Source: Verrucomicrobiales bacterium (GTDB taxonomy: Bacteria; Verrucomicrobiota; Verrucomicrobiia; Limisphaerales; JAQGOY01). Taken from it: a DNA stretch of 54,787 bases. Positions 28,427 to 36,020 of the stretch are shown here, one piece after another. A program made the position numbers and the translations under genes. The notes below the pieces were generated by a model, which had not been told where the DNA came from, did no database searches, and saw only the letters and a program-made list of their open reading frames with translations. The stretch spans positions 1 through 54,787 of the forward strand of contig JAQGOY010000268.1 in the NCBI GenBank assembly GCA_028293375.1, given 5' to 3'. Position 1 is the first letter of the stretch; every line of letters begins with the position of its first letter.

Positions 28427-29638
28427 TTATTTAGGAAGGAATTTTTCGCTGAAGGGTTCACCGGCCACTTTGCCGAGTGTCTTCACGATTTTGAACTGGC
28501 CAGTGGCCAGCGTTTCACCGATATAAACATTGTTGATGAGGTGATGGTTCTCTTGCATCGTAACTTCGCCGCCGGCACCTTTGAATTTTTCACCAATCAG
28601 GGCTTCACGAACCTTATCGACTTCAAAAGACTTGGCTTTTTCCACAGCTTGTTTCCAAAGATAAACACCATCGCGAGAGAGGTTCATTGGGCTGCAGGTG
28701 ACGCGACCTTTGCGATCCACACCGGCGGGGGCATCTTTTAGCCAGGTATTCCAGTTTTTGATGAATGCTGCATTCTCCGGGGTCTTGATCGACATGAAAT
28801 AGGTCCAGCATCCAAGGTGGCCCACCAACGCTTTGGCAGGGAGTCCGCGGAACTCATCTTCGGAGATACTGAAGGATACAACCGGGCAGTTTTCCGAGGT
28901 GAGGCCGGCATTGGCGAATTCCTTGAAGAAAGGAACATTCGTGTCGCCATTCAATGTACTGATGATTGTCGCCTTGCCGCCAGCAGAGAACTTTTTGATT
29001 TTGGCGACGATATCCTGATAGTCGGTGTGACCAAAAGGAGTGTATTCTTCCATCACATCTTCGTCTGGAATCCCTTTGGCTTTCAGATATTGCTTCAGAA
29101 TCTTGTTGGTCGTGCGGGGATAAACGTAGTCAGAGCCAAGCAGATAGAATTTCTTCTTTCCTTCGCCCAGCATGTAGTCAACAGCCGGGATGGCCTGCTG
29201 ATTTACTGCCTCGGCGGTGTAGAAGATATTCTTGGAGAGCTCTTCACCTTCGTATTGGACAGGGTAGAACAGCAAACCGTTGTCTTTTTCGAACACTGGG
29301 AGCACTGATTTACGGCTCACGGAGGTCCAGCAACCGAAAACGACGGCCACTTTATCCTGTTCGAGCAACTGTTTAGCCTTTTCGGCGAACAGGGGCCAGT
29401 TGGAAGCAGGATCTACAATGACGGGTTCGATCTTTTTACCCATGACGCCGCCATGGCTATTAATTTCGTCGAAAGTAAACAACAGGACGTCGCGGAGCGA
29501 AGTCTCACTGATGGCCATGGTTCCACTCAAGGAGTGGAGGACACCAACTTTGACCGTGTCCTGCGCCTGGGTTGTAGTGAGGATGCCCAGGCCGAGGCCC
29601 AATGCTGCTAAAGTTTTTTTAATGCTAAGAGATTTCAT
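28427..29638 (-). CDS. urtA: Urea ABC transporter substrate-binding protein UrtA
   Basis: Signal peptide followed by [14 protein letters not shown], as in the UrtA/amide-binding family. Confidence 0.9.
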   Translation of the reverse strand: MKSLSIKKTLAALGLGLGILTTTQAQDTVKVGVLHSLSGTMAISETSLRDVLLFTFDEINSHGGVMGKKIEPVIVDPASNWPLFAEKAKQLLEQDKVAVVFGCWTSVSRKSVLPVFEKDNGLLFYPVQYEGEELSKNIFYTAEAVNQQAIPAVDYMLGEGKKKFYLLGSDYVYPRTTNKILKQYLKAKGIPDEDVMEEYTPFGHTDYQDIVAKIKKFSAGGKATIISTLNGDTNVPFFKEFANAGLTSENCPVVSFSISEDEFRGLPAKALVGHLGCWTYFMSIKTPENAAFIKNWNTWLKDAPAGVDRKGRVTCSPMNLSRDGVYLWKQAVEKAKSFEVDKVREALIGEKFKGAGGEVTMQENHHLINNVYIGETLATGQFKIVKTLGKVAGEPFSEKFLPK

Positions 29639-29725
29639 AGAGTGCTGATCAGCCAGCGGATTCCTTCGTTGTTGTTTTGGTTTACTTACTATGGAACATT
29701 AATAACGACGTTCCGATTACCCATT

Positions 29726-29741
29726 AGCAGGGGGTATGCCA
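29726..29741 (-). promoter_or_regulatory. Candidate sigma-54 (-24/-12) promoter for the urt-ure operon
   Basis: Minus-strand TGGCATACCCCCTGCT versus the consensus TGGCACG-N4-TTGCW. The GG and GC are at the correct 12-nt register. About 88 nt upstream of the urtA ATG. Confidence 0.5.
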
Positions 29742-30275
29742 CTAGGCCAACCCAGTGACTTTCGGAGGAGTGGGATCCCTAACTTGCCTCGCAGAAACCC
29801 TGAAATGCCAAAAAACCCCTTCAAACAGCGATTGTTCATGAAAAGTTTTCATTAATTCACTGAGGCGCTTTTGCATCTTTATTATTGGCGACTTTTGAAC
29901 ACCTAAAAAAAAAGGAACCAACAAAAAGCTAATCGGGGAATCATTGCCTTTCGACGGAGTTGTTCTGTCCGCGACTAGGCGGAATTCAAGCTCTCAACGG
30001 TTTTCCAGCCAGAATGTTATGGAAGAGAAGATGCATAAAAATCGCCAACTCCATGAGCTCGATTTCTCAAAATCCGGCACAAAATGTGAACAAGTGGAAC
30101 GCAATCTGCCAGGAAGAGGAATCCAAGCTATAACGATACAGTTATGCTTGATTGTGTAGCTCGTTTCTGTTTCTTCCCACTTTACGATGAAAATCCGGTT
30201 TTTAGGGGGTCAAAAGTGATGATGAACAAAATCTAATGATCAGGGATTCCACTCTTTCACTATAAAAAAAACTTG

Positions 30276-30304
30276 TTGTCAAACCAGTGCCTTTTCCCTA
30301 ATTT
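30276..30304 (+). promoter_or_regulatory. Candidate sigma-70 promoter for the porin gene
   Basis: TTGTCA, a 17-nt spacer, then TAATTT, about 100 nt upstream of ATG 30402. Confidence 0.35.
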
Positions 30305-30401
30305 GCACCCCAATGCACCGTTTTTTGGTGCGGGGGTAAACTGTTTTTACCCATGATTTACGCATAAAAAACGAAACAAAACATCGCAGGAGGAACTAGT
30401 A

Positions 30402-31559
30402 ATGACTATTAATAAATGGACATTGGGCCTGGCAGCCGCTGGTGTGGTTAGCCTTGCCTCTGTAGCTCAGGCCGAAGAACAGATCAAACTGACCCCAGTT
30501 ATGACTGCTCTCTCTTCCACAACCTTAAGTGGTTATGTGGACACATCCGCAATTTATCGCCCTGGCACGGGTAAAGATGGCGGGACCGTTGGTCAATTGT
30601 ATAGTGTTCAGAGCACCACTCGTGACAAGCAGGACGGCTTCAACCTGAACGTCGTCAGCCTCACGCTTGACAAGCCTCTCGACGAAGGCACCTGGTCTGC
30701 AGGTTACCACGTCCAGACCTTGATCGGCCCTGATGCCAATGGCCGCGGCACCGGACTCATCCAACCCACCGGCGCTCAGAACAGCATTGCCTTGAACGAG
30801 GCTTATGTTGCCCTTCGTGCTCCAGTAGGCAACGGACTTGATTTCAAGATTGGTCAATTCGGAACTTTCGTCGGATATGAATCCTTCGACAGCTACAAAA
30901 ACCCTAACTACAGCCGTTCTTATGGTTTCTGGATTGAGCCATCCGCTCACGTTGGTGTCACTGCAAGTTACACTTTCAACGACATGATCAGCGCGATGGT
31001 CGGCGTAGGTAACGCTTACAACCCTCCAATCGATGCCAAAGCGAAATATGAGTCTGTGAAGACCTACCTCGCCATGGTCACTCTTACCGCTCCAGAAAGC
31101 ACGGGCTTCCTCAAAGGCAGCACCCTGAGCTTGGGATACGATAACGGTGCTCCTGATGGCAGCAACGCTCATATCGAGAACTTCTATGCTGGTGCCACCC
31201 TGGCAACACCAGTAGCCGGCTTCTCCATTGGAGCAGCTTTCGACGCTCAGAGCGCCCCCGGTTACGATGCTCGCGCTTATGCCTTGTATCTGACCTTCCA
31301 GGCCACCGAGAAGCTCAAAGCAAACCTCCGTGCTGAATATGCCTCTGGCACGATTGGCGCGTTCGACGCAGCTACCTTCCGGGCTGACAAGTTGCTCGGT
31401 ATCACCGGCACTCTTGATTACGCCTTGTGGCAGAACGTTGTCACCCGCGCTGAAGTTCGTTGGGATCATTCTTTGGATGGAGAGAAGCCATTTAGCGCTA
31501 CTACCAGCCTCCAAAAGAACGAAGTCACCGTCGCGCTTAACGTGATCTACAAGTTCTAA
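30402..31559 (+). CDS. Outer-membrane beta-barrel porin (beta-barrel porin-2 / OmpL-like)
   Basis: Signal peptide ...LASVAQA, alternating beta-strand pattern, C-terminal ...VIYKF. GGAGGA Shine-Dalgarno 8 nt upstream. Strong codon bias. Confidence 0.75.
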   Translation: MTINKWTLGLAAAGVVSLASVAQAEEQIKLTPVMTALSSTTLSGYVDTSAIYRPGTGKDGGTVGQLYSVQSTTRDKQDGFNLNVVSLTLDKPLDEGTWSAGYHVQTLIGPDANGRGTGLIQPTGAQNSIALNEAYVALRAPVGNGLDFKIGQFGTFVGYESFDSYKNPNYSRSYGFWIEPSAHVGVTASYTFNDMISAMVGVGNAYNPPIDAKAKYESVKTYLAMVTLTAPESTGFLKGSTLSLGYDNGAPDGSNAHIENFYAGATLATPVAGFSIGAAFDAQSAPGYDARAYALYLTFQATEKLKANLRAEYASGTIGAFDAATFRADKLLGITGTLDYALWQNVVTRAEVRWDHSLDGEKPFSATTSLQKNEVTVALNVIYKF

Positions 31560-31574
31560 GTTATTCCCTCACGC

Positions 31575-31610
31575 AAAGCCCCGCTCACCCGAGCGGGGCT
31601 TTTTTGTTTT
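31575..31610 (+). terminator. Rho-independent terminator after the porin gene
   Basis: 12-bp stem AAAGCCCCGCTC/GAGCGGGGCTTT, 4-nt loop, then TTTTTGTTTT. Confidence 0.85.
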
Positions 31611-31669
31611 CATGGGAAAAGCTAATTTTGCTCTTTCATTTAGCCTCTTTCTCCAGTAGAGATTGCTAA

Positions 31670-32398
31670 ATGACCACAGAGACCGCTTATCCAGGGTTCA
31701 AGATCTTAGGCGCTGATAACATGGTTTACGGACCTGTCGAACTTCCCACCCTAAAAGACTGGGTCAAAGACGAGAGAATTACCCGTGAAACTTGGATTTT
31801 CCAGGAAGCGAAAGATTGCTGGCAAAAAGCAATAGCTCTCAACGAACTTCAGGATGCATTTCCTGTCGCAGAAAAGCTTTCCGAGGAAATCGACCCTGAT
31901 TTTTTGCAGGATGCTGGCGAATCTTCAGTGGAGATGAACCTCGGTTCGCTTCGTCGCATTAAAGTTTTGGGAGAGTTAACTGATGCGCAACTTCGCAAAT
32001 TCGCTGAATTCGTGGAAATGGTCGAAATCAAACAGTTTCGTGAAGTAGTGAAGCAGGGCGATCATGGCGATTCGATGTACATGGTTTTGCAGGGCGAACT
32101 TCGTGTTCGACTCATTATCGACACCCGCGAGAAAACACTGGCAAATATGGCTCCCGGAGAGTTCTTTGGCGAAATCTCCCTCTTCGACCAGGGTCCTCGC
32201 TCGGCTGATGTGGTGGCCAATCAGGACAGCGTGTTGCTTCGTTTGAGCGAGAGTAGCTTCCTGCGCATGGTCACTGATGCCCCCGATCTTGCTGCTCGAT
32301 TCTTACTGGCCATCGGCAGGACATTAACCTCACGAATTCGGGCGGATAACAAACGTTATCGCGATACTGTTGTGCTGACTCAAAATTTCGAACACTAG
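31670..32398 (+). CDS. GYF_2 (DUF4339) domain + cyclic-nucleotide-binding domain protein
   Basis: N-terminal VYGPVELPTLKDWVKDERITRETWIFQEAKDCWQKA. cNMP motif FGEISLFDQGPRSADVVA. Confidence 0.75.
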   Translation: MTTETAYPGFKILGADNMVYGPVELPTLKDWVKDERITRETWIFQEAKDCWQKAIALNELQDAFPVAEKLSEEIDPDFLQDAGESSVEMNLGSLRRIKVLGELTDAQLRKFAEFVEMVEIKQFREVVKQGDHGDSMYMVLQGELRVRLIIDTREKTLANMAPGEFFGEISLFDQGPRSADVVANQDSVLLRLSESSFLRMVTDAPDLAARFLLAIGRTLTSRIRADNKRYRDTVVLTQNFEH

Positions 32399-32416
32399 GT
32401 AAAAGCCGGTTCTCAA

Positions 32417-33847
32417 TTAATTTGGACGCCAAACCCAGTCTCCGTGCTCATCAAAACTCCCGCCACTTTTGTCAGGAGTCAGTTTTCCTCCATCATCCGT
32501 TTCGTTCCATCCAATCGAGTAGAGTAAATAGCTTGTGCTGCTCTCTCTTCGATATTTTAACGATTGTCCTCCAACAATATCGTGGGGCAACCGCAGGCCG
32601 GGAGCGAATTCAAGAGCATCCAGGGTTTCGGGATAATCCTGGTGGCTCAATCTGTATTTCTCCAGAAAGCAGGCAATCTGCAATTGATTCACTACCGTCT
32701 GTCTTTGTGCAAGGACCTGGCATGCCCTGATATAATTCGGTATTGTGACTCGGGAGATCACATGGAACGGAGAAAAACTGCTTAATTCATTCTGCACATG
32801 TGCCTGACCCTCTTGAATTTTATGGGGGACAAGGATTTGATTTTCGGGATCGCAAATAGATCCATAGGTTTCGGTCATGAGCGCAACGTGAACCTTTAGG
32901 TTTTGCCAAATCCATCCCTGCGGCATTAGCCTCACCTTCCAATATTCCCAACCTTTTTTGGTCCGTTGATTTGATTGGGAATCATGCTCCAGAAACAAGT
33001 TGGCCAGGTCACGCTTCGTCGTGACATCAACCCGATGGAAAATGGCAGATCGTTCAACCTTGAAAGAATGATCCAATTGCCTCAATAGATCGATCTCGGA
33101 GAGCCGCTTTTGAATTGCATCCAGGTCCTGCTTTTTCCACACACCTTGCTTCATTCCCTCCCCAATCAGCTCTGATTCCATTCCTACAATCGCGGTGTTA
33201 ATCATCACGGTAATCAGGGTTTCCGTTCGGCTGGCTGGCGCCCCCTCCAGAATTCGCCGGAAATCATGCAGGAAAATCAAATTCTCCCTGGCTTGTTGGG
33301 GCTGTTTTAGCAACAGGTGGCAGTGGGTTATTTGACTAATCACCTGCGCCACTGTTCGAATGGATACGAAATTATGAACGGGCAGGACTAAACTGTTGCT
33401 TGGAGTGGGACTGATATAAACATAAGGTCGTTGAAGTGCGTCTCGGATCAGCTGAAGGTCTGATTTAATTGTTTCGCAGGAAGCCAGGTAGTGAGCTGCA
33501 TCGACCTCGTTGGTCAAAACGCTTACAGTATTTGAAACCATCAACCGTTGTGAAAAACCGTTTTGATTCGTGACGCCCTCTTTTCGAAACAACCATTCCT
33601 CGATTTTCGGAGCCTTTAAGACGTTCACTGCATCGGGTACGGCCGACGGAATGTAAGCATTCCAACTCAATTCTTCGCCTTGCGCTTGCAATTTTGTTCG
33701 ATAGCTTTCCCAGGCATGTCTACCCCGGACATCCTCTTCCAGATAAAAAACAGCAAGCAGGGTGGCGCTGCAGGCCAGCACAAATAGAAAGACTACGAAT
33801 TTCCCCGATTTTTTGCGCTTCGGCTTCCCGATAAGTTCTTGATTCAT
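32417..33847 (-). CDS. Hypothetical N-terminally anchored exported protein (476 aa)
   Basis: One N-terminal TM helix (FVVFLFVLACSATLLAVFYL). No recognisable domain. A 3-nt gap after the anti-sigma-like gene. Confidence 0.6.
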   Translation of the reverse strand: MNQELIGKPKRKKSGKFVVFLFVLACSATLLAVFYLEEDVRGRHAWESYRTKLQAQGEELSWNAYIPSAVPDAVNVLKAPKIEEWLFRKEGVTNQNGFSQRLMVSNTVSVLTNEVDAAHYLASCETIKSDLQLIRDALQRPYVYISPTPSNSLVLPVHNFVSIRTVAQVISQITHCHLLLKQPQQARENLIFLHDFRRILEGAPASRTETLITVMINTAIVGMESELIGEGMKQGVWKKQDLDAIQKRLSEIDLLRQLDHSFKVERSAIFHRVDVTTKRDLANLFLEHDSQSNQRTKKGWEYWKVRLMPQGWIWQNLKVHVALMTETYGSICDPENQILVPHKIQEGQAHVQNELSSFSPFHVISRVTIPNYIRACQVLAQRQTVVNQLQIACFLEKYRLSHQDYPETLDALEFAPGLRLPHDIVGGQSLKYRRESSTSYLLYSIGWNETDDGGKLTPDKSGGSFDEHGDWVWRPN

Positions 33848-33850
33848 AAT

Positions 33851-34276
33851 TTATGCGTGCCGAAACAAAACCGGCACCTCGCTGCGCGGAGCAATTGGTT
33901 TTTTTGGAGTTTGAAAAGACGCTTCTGAACGAGTCATTTGTCCAAATGCTTCTGTAAAGAGTTTTTCCTGTTCGCCGAATGCCATTATGTCAGGGGTCGC
34001 CTCCGCAGCCATTATTTGCGATTCGTTCGAATAAACCATCGTTAAATGAATCAATCCTAAAAGAATCCAAACGAAGGCCATGCCAATCCATGCTTTCGGG
34101 TTTGGCCAGAATAGTTCCTCGATTTTTATTCGCCACGCAGGTTTCGAGTCCGAAGTATTTTGTTTCCGGGTTTGGGCTGCACTCAGAATTTGTTTTCGCC
34201 ATTCTCCCGGAATGGTGCGACGCGTTTGCCGTTTCAAATTTTCTTCAAATTCGTCCATGTCATTCCATTTCTTCAT
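33851..34276 (-). CDS. Putative anti-sigma factor (single-pass membrane protein)
   Basis: Overlaps the ECF sigma gene by 17 nt. Central TM helix WIGMAFVWILLGLIHLTMV. Confidence 0.5.
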   Translation of the reverse strand: MKKWNDMDEFEENLKRQTRRTIPGEWRKQILSAAQTRKQNTSDSKPAWRIKIEELFWPNPKAWIGMAFVWILLGLIHLTMVYSNESQIMAAEATPDIMAFGEQEKLFTEAFGQMTRSEASFQTPKKPIAPRSEVPVLFRHA

Positions 34277-34772
34277 AAAGGGGACGCAGCAACTCCCTTA
34301 ATTTGTTCAAACCGTATCGATATCTGCTTGCTACTGTGTTGGGCGACAGCTCCAAATCTTTCGCAATCCGGTCGAATGTAAGCTCCTCCCAAAGTTTTAG
34401 ATGCACTACTGCCCGCTGTTCCACCGGCAATTCCACAAGAGCAGCTTCCAATGCCGTCCTATATGCAGCCTCATCCGGTTTTTGGCTCTCGGTAAATATC
34501 CCAATAGTTTCTGACGCTATTTGTTCATGGTTCTTTACTCGGGTGGCCCGCCTTCGGATCAAGTCGATGGCTAAATTATGCGCCAGACGGATAAGGTACG
34601 ATCGTTCATTCCGAACTCCTTTGAGAATTTTTGGGTTGTGAGCTATCTTTACGAAAATCTCCTGGAGAATATCGCGGGTGTCCGCTTCATTCCGAATCAG
34701 GTTTAAGAGGAACGAAAACAATGCCTGCGCATTGGCATCGTAAAGGCGTTCAATATCGAGCGGATCCGGCAT
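34260..34772 (-). CDS. ECF-type RNA polymerase sigma factor
   Basis: Region 2 DILQEIFVKI...LIRLAHNLAIDLIRR and region 4 LELSPNTVASRYRYGLNKLR. Confidence 0.9.
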   Translation of the reverse strand: MPDPLDIERLYDANAQALFSFLLNLIRNEADTRDILQEIFVKIAHNPKILKGVRNERSYLIRLAHNLAIDLIRRRATRVKNHEQIASETIGIFTESQKPDEAAYRTALEAALVELPVEQRAVVHLKLWEELTFDRIAKDLELSPNTVASRYRYGLNKLRELLRPLYEEME

Positions 34773-34838
34773 TCTTTTGCATGATGACGCGCCCCAATGC
34801 GGGATTTGTCTACAAAAGCTTTTGCGGAATGGGATTAA

Positions 34839-35144
34839 CTAATCGCCAAAGAGTTTTTTTAGTTGCTCGCGCGCCTTGTCTTCCCGGGAATTAGGATTTC
34901 CTGGGGCGCAAAATTCCCGTCGAATAAAGTCGAAATATTCGCAGTAATTTGCCGATGCCTTCTCAAAAACCGGTTCGGCTCGCTTGTCACGGCATTGGTA
35001 GGCAGCTTTGACATCATAACTCACACAATTCCGACACACCCGCATGTCCGTCTTGCACTGGTGGCAGGAGTCGTTTCTTCCGGGCAATCCAGAAATGGAC
35101 CATTCCCAGCCGCATTGATGACAATGACGCGTTATCTTACTCAT
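34839..35144 (-). CDS. Cys-rich zinc-ribbon protein (101 aa)
   Basis: CHQC-x17-CHQC-x6-CRNC... plus two further Cys. No TM helix. Confidence 0.6.
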   Translation of the reverse strand: MSKITRHCHQCGWEWSISGLPGRNDSCHQCKTDMRVCRNCVSYDVKAAYQCRDKRAEPVFEKASANYCEYFDFIRREFCAPGNPNSREDKAREQLKKLFGD

Positions 35145-35332
35145 GGCTCCTTCAGATAATACGCCAGTGTCCGATACTCGTAAAGACGAAGGTAATCGGG
35201 GAAGGGTGCGCCCTTTGGGACTCGACCCATTCCTCGGTGGTGTGTAAGCTTAATCTTGTGCGCTAATTTTGCGGATCAAACAAAAACCGCCCCCACGGTT
35301 GACGATACAGGTATTTACAACGAGTTATTATA

Positions 35333-35977
35333 ATGCCCAGCCAAGCGAAAATTAAATCAGCCGCTGCCGAATATCAGTCCACTGGTTTGGCTGCCTTCTG
35401 CTCCCGACTTGGGCCCGTTGAGTCCGTCATTCATCTGGGGTCTGCCGAAAGCCTCATCGAGTTTCCGGGAATCTCGTCCCTCCCAGGCTTGGAAAAGTTT
35501 CTGATCGCCTATCGTGACCGCATCCTTGTCCCCGTTGAGTTGCCAGCCATCCTCTCCGCTTACGATCTCACGGTAAAGCAACATGCCCTCGAATTGATTT
35601 CACTCGATCAGGAAATGGCTTCAGCGATGCCTTCCGATTCCTTTTCGGAAGCCAGTTCCCGAGTAGGAAAAGCGCAACTGAAAAGACTAAGACCCCTCAA
35701 GGACAGTCGGCTTATTCAAAAATACATTGCTGCACTTGAAGAGGGCCGGGTACGAGGGTGGCACACCCTGGTTTACGGACTTAGCCTGGCTACCTACTCC
35801 ATTCCCATTGTCCAGGGGTTACAAAATTATTGTGAGCAGACACTGGGATCTTTCGCTAACGCCGGGATTCAAAAATTAAATCTGCCCGAACAAACTCTAG
35901 AGTCGATTTTAGAACCTGCTCTCGAGGCATTGCCACTTTTGATCCAGGGTTGCATCGAGAAATGCGCCTTAAAATGA
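35333..35977 (+). CDS. Hypothetical protein with distant UreF-like C-terminal region
   Basis: By eye, LISLDQEMAS...ASSRVGKAQLKRL...GWHTLVYGLSLATYSIPIVQGLQNYCEQTLGSFANAGIQKLNL aligns with this window's own UreF ([10 protein letters not shown]...[13 protein letters not shown]...[43 protein letters not shown]). It lacks the N-terminal LQLxDSxFPxG motif. Confidence 0.5.
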   Translation: MPSQAKIKSAAAEYQSTGLAAFCSRLGPVESVIHLGSAESLIEFPGISSLPGLEKFLIAYRDRILVPVELPAILSAYDLTVKQHALELISLDQEMASAMPSDSFSEASSRVGKAQLKRLRPLKDSRLIQKYIAALEEGRVRGWHTLVYGLSLATYSIPIVQGLQNYCEQTLGSFANAGIQKLNLPEQTLESILEPALEALPLLIQGCIEKCALK

Positions 35978-36020
35978 AATAGTTCTGGAGAACTCTGTCC
36001 ATCCCTCACAACATTAGCCA

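Noticed and set aside
29801-29820. Second TGGCAT motif (minus strand, TGGCATTTCAGGGTTTCTGC) as an alternative sigma-54 promoter.
   Set aside because: There is no GC dinucleotide at the required 12-nt register from the GG; positions 14-15 are TT.
29639-29830. Guanidine-I (ykkC) or other riboswitch in the urtA leader, prompted by TTAGGGATCCC on the minus strand, which resembles the ykkC CUAGGGUUCCG element.
   Set aside because: The other conserved ykkC blocks (GGUCCGAGAG, ACACGGCGGGA) are absent. The element also lies upstream of the predicted sigma-54 promoter rather than in the transcript.
30525-31514. 329-aa ORF antisense to the porin gene. Similar long antisense ORFs occur at 43588-44262, 48019-48561, 52485-53162, 6810-7301 and 17651-18127.
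   Set aside because: The porin antisense ORF is codon-aligned with the sense gene, so its stops can only come from sense TTA, CTA or TCA codons, which a highly biased gene avoids. The products are low-complexity (Ser/Ala/Gly/Arg-rich) with no motifs. The sense-strand genes have unambiguous family signatures.
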